Below are positions 40,803 to 51,262 of a DNA stretch of 64,000 bases, in pieces. Every line of letters begins with the position of its first letter. Positions within the stretch are counted from its first letter, which is position 1. The stretch lies in the NCBI GenBank assembly GCA_034112325.1, contig JAWUVO010000025.1:1324-65323 (forward strand). Direction: 5' to 3'. A program made the translations under genes and the position numbers. Below the pieces are notes generated by a model. The model was not told where the DNA came from. It made no database searches and saw only the letters and a list, made by a program, of their open reading frames with translations. This DNA comes from Bermanella sp. (GTDB lineage: Bacteria; Pseudomonadota; Gammaproteobacteria; Pseudomonadales; Oceanobacteraceae).

Positions 40803-41039
40803 ATGAAAGCCATGAGCTGTAAACAACTAGGTGGTGCTTGCGATAAAGAATTTCGTGCCAATTCATTTGAAGAAATTGCTCAAATGAGTAAGCAGCATGG
40901 AATGGATATGTTTAAAAAAAATGATGAGGCACATTTAAAAGCCATGAATGATATGCAGCAGATTATGCAAAAGCCGGAAGCCATGCACGAATGGTTTGAG
41001 GGTAAAAGGAAGGAGTTTGATGCGTTACCTGAAATATAA
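40803..41039 (+). CDS. DUF1059 family small metal-binding protein
   Basis: MSCKQLGGACD...KQH; RBS GGAG. Confidence 0.75.
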   Translation: MKAMSCKQLGGACDKEFRANSFEEIAQMSKQHGMDMFKKNDEAHLKAMNDMQQIMQKPEAMHEWFEGKRKEFDALPEI

Positions 41040-41204
41040 CAGCTAAAAGTTTGAAAACTGTACGCAGCCGTTGCTCTATTTTTATAAATAGGGCTTTTAG
41101 CTATGGCACAGCCGCTAAAAACAAATCAAGCAACAAAAAACTAATCAAGCAACTTCGCCGTTATTTATATATAATATGCCCGCTTATTTTAAAGAGGGTC
41201 TAAC

Positions 41205-42227
41205 GTGTACCAGTTAATTCTAAAATTCTTATTTAAACTAGATGCTGAAACATCTCACGAACTAACATTAGACCTGCTGGGTGCTGGGCAGCGCCTAGGC
41301 TTAATCAAATTATTTAGCCCTAAAGTGACCAGTAAGCCAGTAGAGCTGCTGGGCCTAACTTTCCCTAATCCAGTAGGTTTGGCAGCTGGTTTAGACAAAA
41401 ATGGCGATTACATTGATGCTTTGGGCAATTTAGGGTTTGGCTTTATAGAGATTGGCACTGTTACCCCAAGGCCGCAAATTGGCAACCCACAGCCCCGTTT
41501 ATTCCGTTTACCTGAACATGAAGCGTTTATTAACCGTATGGGTTTCAATAATAAGGGTGTAGACCACCTGGTAGATCGTGTTAAAAAGTCTAAATATAAA
41601 GGTGTATTAGGCATTAATATTGGTAAAAACTTTGATACGGCAGTAGAAGATGCCGATACTGATTACCAAATTTGCCTAGAAAAAGTATACGCCCACGCCG
41701 ATTATGTAACGGTTAACATCTCTAGTCCTAATACCCCTGGCTTAAGAAACCTGCAGTTTGGCGATTCGCTTAAGTCTTTATTGAGCACACTAAAAACATC
41801 GCAAAAAGCATTAGCAGAAAAGCATAATAAATATACGCCTATCCTAGTTAAAATTGCCCCAGACATGAATGAAGACGAGACCAAAATGGTGGCAGCAGCC
41901 TTACTAGAAAGCGGTATGGACGGCGTGATTGCAACTAACACCACATTAGAGCGTGATGCAGTGGCTGGACACGAGCACGCAGCAGAGGCGGGTGGTTTAA
42001 GTGGGCGTCCGGTGCAGGAAGGTTCAAGCCGTGTAGTCGCTTGGTTAAAAGCTGAGTTAGATGGCAAAATGCCTATTATAGGGGTGGGCGGTATAATCGA
42101 TGGTGCTTCGGCGGCTGAAAAAGCCAAGCTGGGAGCTGATTTAGTGCAAGTATATTCAGGCTTTATTTATCGCGGACCTAAGCTTATAAGCGAAGCAAAC
42201 GACGCCATTGCAGCAGTTAAAGCTTAA
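41205..42227 (+). CDS. pyrD: Quinone-dependent dihydroorotate dehydrogenase
   Basis: [39 protein letters not shown]. Confidence 0.97.
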   Translation: MYQLILKFLFKLDAETSHELTLDLLGAGQRLGLIKLFSPKVTSKPVELLGLTFPNPVGLAAGLDKNGDYIDALGNLGFGFIEIGTVTPRPQIGNPQPRLFRLPEHEAFINRMGFNNKGVDHLVDRVKKSKYKGVLGINIGKNFDTAVEDADTDYQICLEKVYAHADYVTVNISSPNTPGLRNLQFGDSLKSLLSTLKTSQKALAEKHNKYTPILVKIAPDMNEDETKMVAAALLESGMDGVIATNTTLERDAVAGHEHAAEAGGLSGRPVQEGSSRVVAWLKAELDGKMPIIGVGGIIDGASAAEKAKLGADLVQVYSGFIYRGPKLISEANDAIAAVKA

Positions 42228-42242
42228 TACAGTAGATACAAA

Positions 42243-42270
42243 GAGGGCCCTGGTGGGGCCCTTAGTTTTT
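42243..42270. terminator. Hairpin between convergent pyrD and rmf
   Basis: AGGGCCC-TGGTG-GGGCCCT followed by a T run. Confidence 0.6.
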
Positions 42271-42330
42271 GAATTGCTTGGGTGTTCTGTATGTATGGTT
42301 CCTGAGAATGTAGGCTCCTTATATAGTTAG

Positions 42331-42528
42331 TTAGACGGGTATTTTGTGTACGCCTGCTACGCCTGAATAGCCGTCCCAGTGGTCCGATCGGCCTTCACGC
42401 CAGCCGTTCATCCACTCAAAATGTGCGGTACCACTGCCTGGACATAAATCTTTAGATTTGCCCTGCACTCCAGCGAAGTAACCTTTCTGGAACGCACGTC
42501 GATCCATGTCACGTTTTTGTCTTCTCAT
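42331..42528 (-). CDS. rmf: Ribosome modulation factor
   Basis: MRRQKRD..RAFQKGY.AG..GKSKDLCP..W.NGWREG; start re-called. Confidence 0.93.
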   Translation of the reverse strand: MRRQKRDMDRRAFQKGYFAGVQGKSKDLCPGSGTAHFEWMNGWREGRSDHWDGYSGVAGVHKIPV

Positions 42529-42789
42529 AAGTCTTTGCCTCTGTACGAAGATCTGTGGAAAGTACTTGTTGCGATAAAAGCTGAACAAGCAACAAATTCA
42601 GTATGGTGTTGGAATGGCTTGGTGTTAATGATTAATTTATTCTATACAGAATAGTTTTAAGTCTAATTAGTTATTAATTATGTAAGTTACTGATTTTTAA
42701 AGAATTTAATAAAATTGAAATATGCGCTTAAGCTGTTAATTGATCTTAAATTAATAGATAAGCGTTTTAATATAAAAAGTTGATATGAC

Positions 42790-45096
42790 ATGAGTGAACA
42801 AACACAAGTAGAAGGGCTCGATCCGTCTACGTCCAATTCTGAAACAGCTCTTAAAGCTGAATTAAAGCCGCAGCCAATTATCGTTACTTGCCCAAAAGGT
42901 TTGGAGAATATATTACAAGACGAAATTATTGAGCTTGGTGGTAAGTCCTCTAGGATTGGTATGGCGTTTGTCAGTTTTGAAGCCGATCAGCTAATGGCTT
43001 ACAAAGTATGTCTATGGTCGCGTTTGGCTAGTCGTGTTTTGTGGCCCCTTAAGCAATTTGAAGGATTGAGCGCAGCTCAACTTTATGAAGGCTTATTAGA
43101 CATTCCTTGGATAGAGCATTTTAGTGATCGCCAATCATTTAGAGTTTATTTTTCAGGCAGTTCTGACGAAATCCGTAACACACACTTTGGTGCGTTAAAG
43201 GTTAAAGACGCTATTTGCGATTACTTTCGTGAAAAAACAGGTGCTCGTCCAGACGTAAGTGATGATCCAGATGTATCCATTCATGTGCGTTTAAATAAAG
43301 GCTTATTTTCCGTTAGCTTAGACATGGCGGGCGAGCCCTTGCACCGTCGTGGTTATCGTCAAAGCCAAGGTGCTGCGCCATTAAAAGAAAATTTAGCGGC
43401 TGCTTTATTAATTCGTGCAGGCTGGCCTAAATTAATGAAGCAAGATGACGGCGCATTGCTTGACCCTATGTGCGGCTCAGGAACTTTATTAATAGAAGCT
43501 GCATTAATGGCGGCAGATATTGCACCGGGGATGTTGCGCACCCAGTTTGCGTTTGAAAGATGGAAAAAACATTCAGCGCCTGAATGGCGTGAATTAAAAC
43601 AAGATGCCCAAGATAGAAAGAATAAAGGAATAGATTCAGACACAGAGCTAACCCTAGTGGGTTACGACATGGACGGCGATGTATTAGAAAAAGCCAAAGA
43701 CAATGCTCGACGAGCGGGTGTAGCTCACTTTATTCACCTTCAGGAGCAACCACTTAGCGATTTGACCAAAGAAAAAGGTTTACCTGATACAGGTCTAATT
43801 CTATGCAACCCGCCATATGGAGAGCGTTTAAGCGATGAGGTTGCCATTGGTGCCTTATATGCAGCTATGGGTAACAAGGTTAAGCAGCATTTCCCTAACT
43901 GGACCATGGCCATATTCACAGGTAACCCAGAGCAGGCTTATCAGTTTAAGTTACGCGCTAACAAGCAATACCAATTTTATAACGGTGCTATTTCAGCCAA
44001 GTTATTTCTCTATGATATTTCAGTTGGTAGTAGTCAAAAAGCAAAAGCCGCCGCCGAGTTATTTAATCAACAAGTTTCTAAGCAAGATGGGTCTGAGCAA
44101 GATGGACTTAATCAACAAAGGCCCAAGCAAGAAGGGCCAATTAATTTAAGTGAAGGCGCACAGATGGTGTGTAATCGCTTGAAGAAAAATATTAAAAAAA
44201 TTCGTAGTTGGGCTAAAAAACAAAATACAAACTGCTACCGAGTTTACGATGCCGATATGCCAGAATACTCAGTTGCCATTGATGTGTATGGAGAGTGGAT
44301 CCATATTCAAGAATATGCAGCGCCTAAATCGGTAGAACCCCATAAAGCTGAGAACAGGCTACGCGACATATTAGATGCTGTACCAGTTGCATTTAATGTT
44401 GATCGTGAAAAAGTAGTATTAAAGCAACGCCGAGTTCAAAAGGGTAAAAAGCAGTACGAAAAACAAGATCAGCAGCAAAATTTTATGGAAGTAAGAGAAG
44501 GTAACTGCAACTTGTATGTGAACTTAACAGACTATTTAGACACCGGTTTGTTTTTAGATCATCGTCCAATTCGTATGGAATTTGAAAGCTCATGTAAAAA
44601 CAAAGACTTTTTGAATTTGTTTAGCTACACCTGCACAGCCAGTGTGCACGCCGCAATGGGCGGTGCGAGAAGTACTACAAGCGTAGATATGTCGCAAACC
44701 TATTTAAACTGGGGGCGTAAAAACCTTACCCTGAATGGCTTGTCTGAGCGCGATCATCAGTTTGTTCAGGCTGATTGCCTTAAGTGGCTAGAAACGGCCA
44801 AGATTCAGAAAGACCGTTACGACATTATTTTCATGGATCCGCCAAGCTTCTCAAACTCTAAGCGCATGGATGATGTACTGGACGTTCAAAGAGACCATGT
44901 CCAGCTGATTGAGTTGGCTATGGCGCTGCTTCGACCTGGTGGAGAATTAGTATTCTCAAATAACTTTAGGCGCTTTAAAATGGAGCATGATGCACTAAAG
45001 CAGTTCAATATTGAGGATGTTACAGTAGAAACCATCCCTGAAGACTTTAAACGTAATACTAAGATACATCAGTGTTACAAGATAACTTTTGCTTGA
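42790..45096 (+). CDS. rlmKL: Bifunctional 23S rRNA methyltransferase RlmKL
   Basis: CLWSRLASR, THUMP, DPMCGSGT, NPPYGER, DYLDTGLFLDHR, DPPSFSNSK. Confidence 0.96.
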   Translation: MSEQTQVEGLDPSTSNSETALKAELKPQPIIVTCPKGLENILQDEIIELGGKSSRIGMAFVSFEADQLMAYKVCLWSRLASRVLWPLKQFEGLSAAQLYEGLLDIPWIEHFSDRQSFRVYFSGSSDEIRNTHFGALKVKDAICDYFREKTGARPDVSDDPDVSIHVRLNKGLFSVSLDMAGEPLHRRGYRQSQGAAPLKENLAAALLIRAGWPKLMKQDDGALLDPMCGSGTLLIEAALMAADIAPGMLRTQFAFERWKKHSAPEWRELKQDAQDRKNKGIDSDTELTLVGYDMDGDVLEKAKDNARRAGVAHFIHLQEQPLSDLTKEKGLPDTGLILCNPPYGERLSDEVAIGALYAAMGNKVKQHFPNWTMAIFTGNPEQAYQFKLRANKQYQFYNGAISAKLFLYDISVGSSQKAKAAAELFNQQVSKQDGSEQDGLNQQRPKQEGPINLSEGAQMVCNRLKKNIKKIRSWAKKQNTNCYRVYDADMPEYSVAIDVYGEWIHIQEYAAPKSVEPHKAENRLRDILDAVPVAFNVDREKVVLKQRRVQKGKKQYEKQDQQQNFMEVREGNCNLYVNLTDYLDTGLFLDHRPIRMEFESSCKNKDFLNLFSYTCTASVHAAMGGARSTTSVDMSQTYLNWGRKNLTLNGLSERDHQFVQADCLKWLETAKIQKDRYDIIFMDPPSFSNSKRMDDVLDVQRDHVQLIELAMALLRPGGELVFSNNFRRFKMEHDALKQFNIEDVTVETIPEDFKRNTKIHQCYKITFA

Positions 45097-45148
45097 GCCT
45101 AGGCTTTATGGTGCTTAGGGCAGGTAGGTGAAAAAACCTTAATTATAG

Positions 45149-45234
45149 CGCCTCAAAATGATGCGAATGGCACGTACCCTGCATTAAAATGGTTCGATTT
45201 TACGAGATGCACTGAACTGGCCCAGTTTAGGCAT
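45149..45234 (+). promoter_or_regulatory. Candidate NtrC tandem sites and sigma54 -24/-12 elements upstream of amt
   Basis: CGCCTCAAAATGATGCG (45149) and TGCATTAAAATGGTTCG (45180), 31 bp apart; GG-N10-GC at 45169-45182 (TGGCACG..CTGCA) and at 45219-45232. Confidence 0.45.
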
Positions 45235-45344
45235 CATTAGATTTAAACCTTGGTTATTAGAAACGTATCCTATTATTTGGTTAACGGCACAAGCCCGTTA
45301 GTAAAATAAGAGCAAGCGTTCAACCGATTTAAAAGGCAAATTTT

Positions 45345-46556
45345 GTGGAAAATATTAATAATACTGTAGATACCTTAGTCAGTAGCTCAAATACCTATTT
45401 TATTTTACTTGGCGCCATTATGGTGCTGTTCATGCACGCTGGTTTCGCCTTTCTTGAAGTGGGTACTGTTCGTAAAAAGAACCAAGTAAATGCTTTGGTT
45501 AAAATAATTACCGATTTTGGTGTGTCCACCATTGCTTACTTTTTTGTGGGTTATAGCGTCGCTTACGGTTCAGATTTTTTTGCGGATGCAAACCAGCTTT
45601 CGCAAAATAACGGTTATGAATTAGTAAAATTCTTTTTCTTATTAACATTTGCCGCTGCAATTCCAGCCATAGTTTCTGGTGGTATTGCTGAGCGTGCTAA
45701 GTTTTATCCATTTTTAATTGCCTCTGCGGTCATTGTTGCTTTCATTTATCCATTTTTTGAAGGCCTAATTTGGAACGGTAACTACGGTTACCAAGCTTGG
45801 TTAGAAAATAATTTTGGCGCACAGTTTCATGATTTTGCAGGTTCTGTTGTAGTGCACGGCATGGGTGGTTGGTTAGCCTTTACCGCAATATTTATTTTGC
45901 GTGAACGCACAGGGCGTTATCGCAATGGCCGTCCGGTGGCTTTTGCTCCTTCAAGTATTCCATTTTTAGCATTAGGCGCTTGGATTTTAACCGTAGGTTG
46001 GTTTGGATTTAATGTAATGTCAGCACAAACAATGGATGGAATCAGTGGTTTGGTTGCTGTTAACTCTTTAATGGCTATGGTTGGTGGTACATTAGTAGCC
46101 ATGGTTGTGGGCAAAAATGACCCTGGTTTTATTCATAACGGTCCACTTGCAGGTTTAGTTGCTGTGTGTGCTGGGTCGGATTTGTTTCACCCAATGGGTG
46201 CGTTAATTGTCGGCGGTATTGCTGGCGGATTGTTTGTTTATACTTTCACTTTGTTTCAAAATAAATTCCCACGTATTGATGATGTATTAGGTGTTTGGCC
46301 TTTACATGGTTTATGCGGTGTTTGGGGTGGTATTGCTGTAGGTATTTTTGGCCTTGAAACATTCGGCGGTATGGGTGGAGTAACATTTATGTCTCAGTTA
46401 ATTGGTTCAGTTACTGGTGTTGCTGTTGCCTTAATCGGCGGCTTTGTAGTGTATGGACTGATACATGCGGTATCTGGTCTAAGATTAACTGAAGAAGAAG
46501 AATATAACGGCGCAGATTTGTCTATACATAAAATTGCTTCTACTTCAGAAGATTAA
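45345..46556 (+). CDS. Ammonium transporter (Amt family)
   Basis: MHAGFAFLE, SGGIAER, DFAGSVVVH, GWFGFN, IDDVLGVWPLHG (twin His). Confidence 0.95.
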   Translation: MENINNTVDTLVSSSNTYFILLGAIMVLFMHAGFAFLEVGTVRKKNQVNALVKIITDFGVSTIAYFFVGYSVAYGSDFFADANQLSQNNGYELVKFFFLLTFAAAIPAIVSGGIAERAKFYPFLIASAVIVAFIYPFFEGLIWNGNYGYQAWLENNFGAQFHDFAGSVVVHGMGGWLAFTAIFILRERTGRYRNGRPVAFAPSSIPFLALGAWILTVGWFGFNVMSAQTMDGISGLVAVNSLMAMVGGTLVAMVVGKNDPGFIHNGPLAGLVAVCAGSDLFHPMGALIVGGIAGGLFVYTFTLFQNKFPRIDDVLGVWPLHGLCGVWGGIAVGIFGLETFGGMGGVTFMSQLIGSVTGVAVALIGGFVVYGLIHAVSGLRLTEEEEYNGADLSIHKIASTSED

Positions 46557-46572
46557 TTTTATAATATGTTTT

Positions 46573-46605
46573 AAAGCGCAGCCTTAAACGGCTGCGCTTT
46601 TTTTT
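46573..46605. terminator. Terminator between amt and the oxidoreductase gene
   Basis: AAAGCGCAGCC-TTAAAC-GGCTGCGCTTT followed by a T run. Confidence 0.85.
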
Positions 46606-46614
46606 GCTTAGTTT

Positions 46615-47847
46615 TTAGCTAATTGAATATCTAGCTCTATAAAGTTTGGTTAGTTTTTTCAAACGTATTTGGTCTGCAATCAAACTAAATAATGCAGATG
46701 AATTTAATTTTGGCTGCTTACCCTTACCAATACGTTGTAACTGTCGTTTAGTAATAGCCATGGTCGCTAGACTACCAAGGGTCTTGTTTTTCCATTTTAC
46801 TGAAGGCAAAACGGCTTGGGCATTGGTGTCACTTTTCCAGTCATTAGGAAGAGTAGGGCAAAATGCTAAAGCCCGCCCCATACCAATCATATCAACTCCC
46901 TCATCAATAACCTTTTGTGCTGTGGCAAGACGGTTAATACCGCCTGTAGTCATGATGGGAATGTTAGCTTGTTTTGCAATTTCTTTAGCAAAGGTTAAAA
47001 AATAGGCCTCGCGTTCCAGTGTTCTGCCATCTTGGGTTATGCCTTGCATCGCAGGGCTTTCGTAACTGCCACCAGACAGTTCGACTAAATCTATATTCAA
47101 TTGTTCAAGCTTTTTGACCACAGCAAGGGCGTCGTCACTATCAAAGCCACCCCTTTGGAAGTCGGCTGAATTTAATTTAACTGAGATGGCCGTTTCTTTT
47201 GGTACCACTTTTTGAATGGCTTCAATAATTTGATACAGCAAGCGGGCACGATTATCTAAGCTACCTCCCCATTGGTCGGTACGTTGATTAGTTAGTGGAG
47301 ATAAAAATTGGGACAGAAGATAGCCATGAGCAGCATGTACCTGAATACCATTAAAACCGGCTTTTACCGCTTTAGCAGATGTAACAGCAAAACGTTCAAT
47401 AAGCTCTTCAATTTCATCTTCTGTCATAGCTGTTGGCTGACCAAATAATTTACTATGGGCTCCCATATTCAGTGGAATATTCGAAGGTGATAAAACCTGC
47501 CCGCCCATGGCCGCATATACTTGACGTCCGGGGTGATTAATTTGCATCCACACATGGGTGCCATTTTGTTTAGCCGTGGCGGCCCATTTGGTAAAAGGTT
47601 CTAGTGGTGTATCTTGCTCTAAAGCGATACCGCCTGGGCCAGTCATTGCTCTATGATCAACCATCACATTACCAGTAATCAACAAACCGCTGCCGCCATT
47701 TGCCCACGCGTCGTATAGTTTAAAAATAGTGTCGCCAGGAAGATGTCCTTCAGCGGCCATATTTTCTTCCATCGCAGCTTTTGCTAAGCGGTTAGGTAGT
47801 TGAGTGCCATTAGGCAAGGTAAGTGGTGAATAAACGGTATTTGTCAT
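46615..47847 (-). CDS. NADH:flavin oxidoreductase (old yellow enzyme family)
   Basis: NRLAKAAMEE, QINHPGRQ, HAAHGYLLSQFLSP..NQRTD.WGGS. Confidence 0.92.
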   Translation of the reverse strand: MTNTVYSPLTLPNGTQLPNRLAKAAMEENMAAEGHLPGDTIFKLYDAWANGGSGLLITGNVMVDHRAMTGPGGIALEQDTPLEPFTKWAATAKQNGTHVWMQINHPGRQVYAAMGGQVLSPSNIPLNMGAHSKLFGQPTAMTEDEIEELIERFAVTSAKAVKAGFNGIQVHAAHGYLLSQFLSPLTNQRTDQWGGSLDNRARLLYQIIEAIQKVVPKETAISVKLNSADFQRGGFDSDDALAVVKKLEQLNIDLVELSGGSYESPAMQGITQDGRTLEREAYFLTFAKEIAKQANIPIMTTGGINRLATAQKVIDEGVDMIGMGRALAFCPTLPNDWKSDTNAQAVLPSVKWKNKTLGSLATMAITKRQLQRIGKGKQPKLNSSALFSLIADQIRLKKLTKLYRARYSIS

Positions 47848-48079
47848 AGCAGCCTGAACTAATTAATTATTATTAAGTGATTACTTTATAATGCTTAAGT
47901 TTTACAAATCAAGTGGCGAAACGACATATTGCAATGCCAAGCAGCTAGTTAGGTGTTAAAGATAAGTGTTTAAGCCAAGTGTTTAAGCTGAGCGACAAAG
48001 TTAAAAATTAAGATTTATGAATTACATGCCTAGCGCTACACTGGTGCTATGTCATTATAAAAAGAATACAGGGAATCAT

Positions 48080-48853
48080 ATGTGCGAACTACTGGGGATG
48101 AGTGCTAATACTCCAACAGATTTATGTTTTAGCTTTACCGGATTAACTCAACGTGGCGGCCGCACAGGCCCTCATGGAGACGGTTGGGGCGTTGCTTTTT
48201 ACGAGGGTAAGGGTGTACGCAGTTTTCACGAGTCGAGCGCCAGTGCTTCTTCGAAAGTAGCAAACATGGTTCAAAACCATCCAATTAAAAGTAAAACTGC
48301 GCTATGTCATATTCGACAAGCCAATGTGGGTGAAGTTTGCTTAGCTAATACCCATCCATTTACTCGTGAATTGTGGGGAAGACAATGGGTATTTGCTCAT
48401 AATGGCCAGATAGAAAATTTTGTTCGCCGCGAAGGTATGTACGAACCAGTTGGTGATACCGATAGCGAAAATATTTTTTGTGATTTAATGAACGAGATTA
48501 GACAAAATATCCCTCGTGATGCGATGCCAAATCAAATCGCTGAATGTCTAAAAGTATTGGCAACTAAATACTCCGAACAAGGCGTATTTAATTGTCTGTT
48601 AAGCAATGGTGATTGGTTATTTACATTTTGCAGTACCAAAATGGCAAGTATCACTAGGCGAGCTCCATTTGGTCCTGCACAGCTTTCTGATGCCGACGTA
48701 GTAATAGACTTTGCGGCTGAAACGACAGACAAAGATGTGGTCAGTATTATTGCTACCGAACCATTAACTACTGACGAAGCTTGGGATGTTTACCAGCCAG
48801 GCGAATGGCGTTTATGGCAAGAAGGTGAAGTAATTTCCCAAGGTAAGGTTTAA
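48080..48853 (+). CDS. yafJ: Class II (Ntn) glutamine amidotransferase, YafJ/EgtC/Dug3 family
   Basis: Start re-called at MCELLGMS (N-terminal Cys nucleophile); HGDGWG, HIRQA, NTHPF, HNG, GDTDSE. Confidence 0.88.
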   Translation: MCELLGMSANTPTDLCFSFTGLTQRGGRTGPHGDGWGVAFYEGKGVRSFHESSASASSKVANMVQNHPIKSKTALCHIRQANVGEVCLANTHPFTRELWGRQWVFAHNGQIENFVRREGMYEPVGDTDSENIFCDLMNEIRQNIPRDAMPNQIAECLKVLATKYSEQGVFNCLLSNGDWLFTFCSTKMASITRRAPFGPAQLSDADVVIDFAAETTDKDVVSIIATEPLTTDEAWDVYQPGEWRLWQEGEVISQGKV

Positions 48854-48854
48854 A

Positions 48855-49418
48855 TTGATAGATACTAGCGAGCAAAATAAAGGTCGCCAAAACTTATCCG
48901 AATTCGATGAGATTTGGTTATTTGGTTATGGCTCGTTAATTTATAAAGTAGACTTTCCATATATAGAAAAATCAGTTGCCAGTATAAAAGGCTGGCAACG
49001 TAAGTTTTGGCAGGGCAGCCATGACCACAGAGGCACCCCAGAAAGCCCTGGCAGGGTGGTAACTTTAATTCCAGCGGAAGAGCATGTTGAATGTATTGGT
49101 ATGGCGTACCGTGTAACTGAAGACGAGTTTGTACATTTAGATTATCGAGAAAAAAATGGCTACCTACGGCATCAAGTCACATTACAGTTTGAAGATGGTC
49201 GGACTAAGCAGGGTGTTATTTATATTGCAGATGAAGACAATACAGCATTTTTAGGCAAGGCACCCATTCTAGATATTGCCCAACAGATATTTGAAAGCAG
49301 CGGTCCTAGCGGTGAAAACCGTGAGTATTTATTAGAACTAGCTAATAGCTTACGTAAATTAGATGCTAGCGACGAACACATCTTTGAAATTGAAAAAGCC
49401 TTACTTAAATTAGTTTAA
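48855..49418 (+). CDS. chaC: ChaC-type gamma-glutamylcyclotransferase
   Basis: WLFGYGSLI, FWQGSHDHRGTPESPGRVVTL, LDYREKNGY, GPSGENREY. Confidence 0.9.
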   Translation: MIDTSEQNKGRQNLSEFDEIWLFGYGSLIYKVDFPYIEKSVASIKGWQRKFWQGSHDHRGTPESPGRVVTLIPAEEHVECIGMAYRVTEDEFVHLDYREKNGYLRHQVTLQFEDGRTKQGVIYIADEDNTAFLGKAPILDIAQQIFESSGPSGENREYLLELANSLRKLDASDEHIFEIEKALLKLV

Positions 49419-49457
49419 GTAATTTCTCAATACTAGATTTATTTTTAAACACGGAAC

Positions 49458-49486
49458 CGACCTTACTAGTGGACGCGGGTATCCAT
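49458..49486 (+). repeat. Degenerate palindromic repeat (CGTC-type REP-like), copy A
   Basis: GACCTTACTAGTGGACGCGGGTATCCA resembles the copy at 60671. Confidence 0.45.
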
Positions 49487-49490
49487 TTCC

Positions 49491-50180
49491 CTAGCTGCAT
49501 TTGATATCTTCAGGACGATCAATATCTTGGATAATCCCTTGATCTGTTAATTGTATTTCGGTAACGCCATATTTCTTAATTAAAGGTTGGGCACCGTTAT
49601 CACCTGTTATTTTTAAAAGTTCTTGCCTATATTTTTTGTTAAATAAAACAGGATGACCAGATCTATTTTTTTCTATCTTACTGCCTGCTAATAAAACTGG
49701 GCGCAATATTCCCAACTTTTTATTTACGTTTAAATCTTGAGACTTGATTAATTTTTTCTCTAAGATTTCTTTTGATTTAAAGTCTAAATTATCCATAAAA
49801 AATTTTATTATCGTGCTATAGGTACAGGGCAAAATATACGGCATATCTGCCAAGCATATCAAATAGTGACTGTTGTCATTACAAGCTTTAACACCGGTTA
49901 TAATACTGCTGCTTAAGCCTTGCCTATAATCGGAATTATCAATAGTGGTAAAACCATGAGAGGCAAACTGTTGTTTGAGTTTTAAATCACTGGGACGCAC
50001 AACACAAATTACGTTGTCCACATAAGGTTTGATATTTAACGCGCTAACAACACCTAAAGGCAAAGCTTGATCACCAGGATTAAGTTGAATAGGTGTTAAT
50101 AATTTATCACCACCAAAGCGACTGCCCAAGCCAGCCGCTAATACTATAGCTGTTATTGTGATTAAATTTTCATTGTCCAT
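49491..50180 (-). CDS. Molybdenum cofactor cytidylyltransferase-like (MocA) NTP transferase
   Basis: VLAAGLGSRFGGDKL, LADMP, GHPV, GDNGA, DIDRPED; xdhC context. Confidence 0.85.
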   Translation of the reverse strand: MDNENLITITAIVLAAGLGSRFGGDKLLTPIQLNPGDQALPLGVVSALNIKPYVDNVICVVRPSDLKLKQQFASHGFTTIDNSDYRQGLSSSIITGVKACNDNSHYLICLADMPYILPCTYSTIIKFFMDNLDFKSKEILEKKLIKSQDLNVNKKLGILRPVLLAGSKIEKNRSGHPVLFNKKYRQELLKITGDNGAQPLIKKYGVTEIQLTDQGIIQDIDRPEDIKCS

Positions 50181-51178
50181 TACAGCTTACAAACTTCAGT
50201 AGCACTACTTTGCTCGGATTTTTTTTCTAATGCTTTACTGGGTTGAATACCATTTTTTATCGCGGTAATTTCAGCCAGTATTGAAAGAGCGATTTCGGCA
50301 GGAGTTTTGCTACCAATATTTAATCCTACCGGGCCATGAAGTTGTGACACTTGCGCTTCAGTAAACCCAAAGTGTTCAACTAAGCGTTCCCGCCGTTGCT
50401 GATTATTTAATTTTGAACCTAGGGCACCCACATAAAATGCTTGGCTATTAAGGGCCGCTAATAACGCCATATCATCTACTTTTGGGTCATGAGATACAGC
50501 CACAATAGCTGTGCGGCTATCAATCTTTAATCCGTTAATAATGTCGTCAGGAAAACCGTCAAGTAATGGAATACTTTTTAACGGCCAGTTTTTCCTGTAG
50601 TCAGGCCTAGGATCGCTTACTAAAATTTCGTAACCTAAACCCTCGGCTATCTCAGCTAAAAAGCGCCCAGTTTCACCAGCACCAATTATCATTAAGCGCC
50701 AAGTTGGCCCAAATACATTCTGCCATGTACTTTCGGTCAATAATGGATTTTGTTGTGACCAAGCTGATACAGACACTGAATGTTCAGTTAAGTGGGTAGA
50801 GCGTATCACCGCCTTTCTATTTTCTATATTTATTACTAACTGGTTAACTTCGTCTATATCGTTTAAAGGCTCTGCTATTAATTGTAATGCGCCGCCACAA
50901 GGTAATCCAAAATGGTGACGTTGTTCTTCGGTTTCACCATAAATTAATAGTTGTGGGTACTTAACCGGTTGAGCAGTCAGTTGCTCTATTAAATCTTCCT
51001 CTACACAGCCGCCGCTAACGCTACCAAAAAATAGTCCGCTAGAGCTTATGGCTAATAAGGAACCCACCGGTCTAGGAGATGTTCCCCATGTTTTTACCAC
51101 AGAAACTAAAGATACTTGCTCGCCTTTTTTTAAGCAGGTTAAACAACCATTTAATACATCTAATTGTGAATCTTGCAT
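50180..51178 (-). CDS. xdhC: XdhC/CoxI family Moco chaperone
   Basis: WGTSPRPVG, GSVSGGCVE, GLPCGG, HDPKVDD, YVGALGS, GSKTPAEIALS. Confidence 0.92.
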   Translation of the reverse strand: MQDSQLDVLNGCLTCLKKGEQVSLVSVVKTWGTSPRPVGSLLAISSSGLFFGSVSGGCVEEDLIEQLTAQPVKYPQLLIYGETEEQRHHFGLPCGGALQLIAEPLNDIDEVNQLVINIENRKAVIRSTHLTEHSVSVSAWSQQNPLLTESTWQNVFGPTWRLMIIGAGETGRFLAEIAEGLGYEILVSDPRPDYRKNWPLKSIPLLDGFPDDIINGLKIDSRTAIVAVSHDPKVDDMALLAALNSQAFYVGALGSKLNNQQRRERLVEHFGFTEAQVSQLHGPVGLNIGSKTPAEIALSILAEITAIKNGIQPSKALEKKSEQSSATEVCKL

Positions 51179-51262
51179 TTTATTTACTACAAGTTAGTGC
51201 CTATGTTATAAAATTATTTATATAACGTAGGCAAATGACTTTAACTATTAATGTGAAATTAA

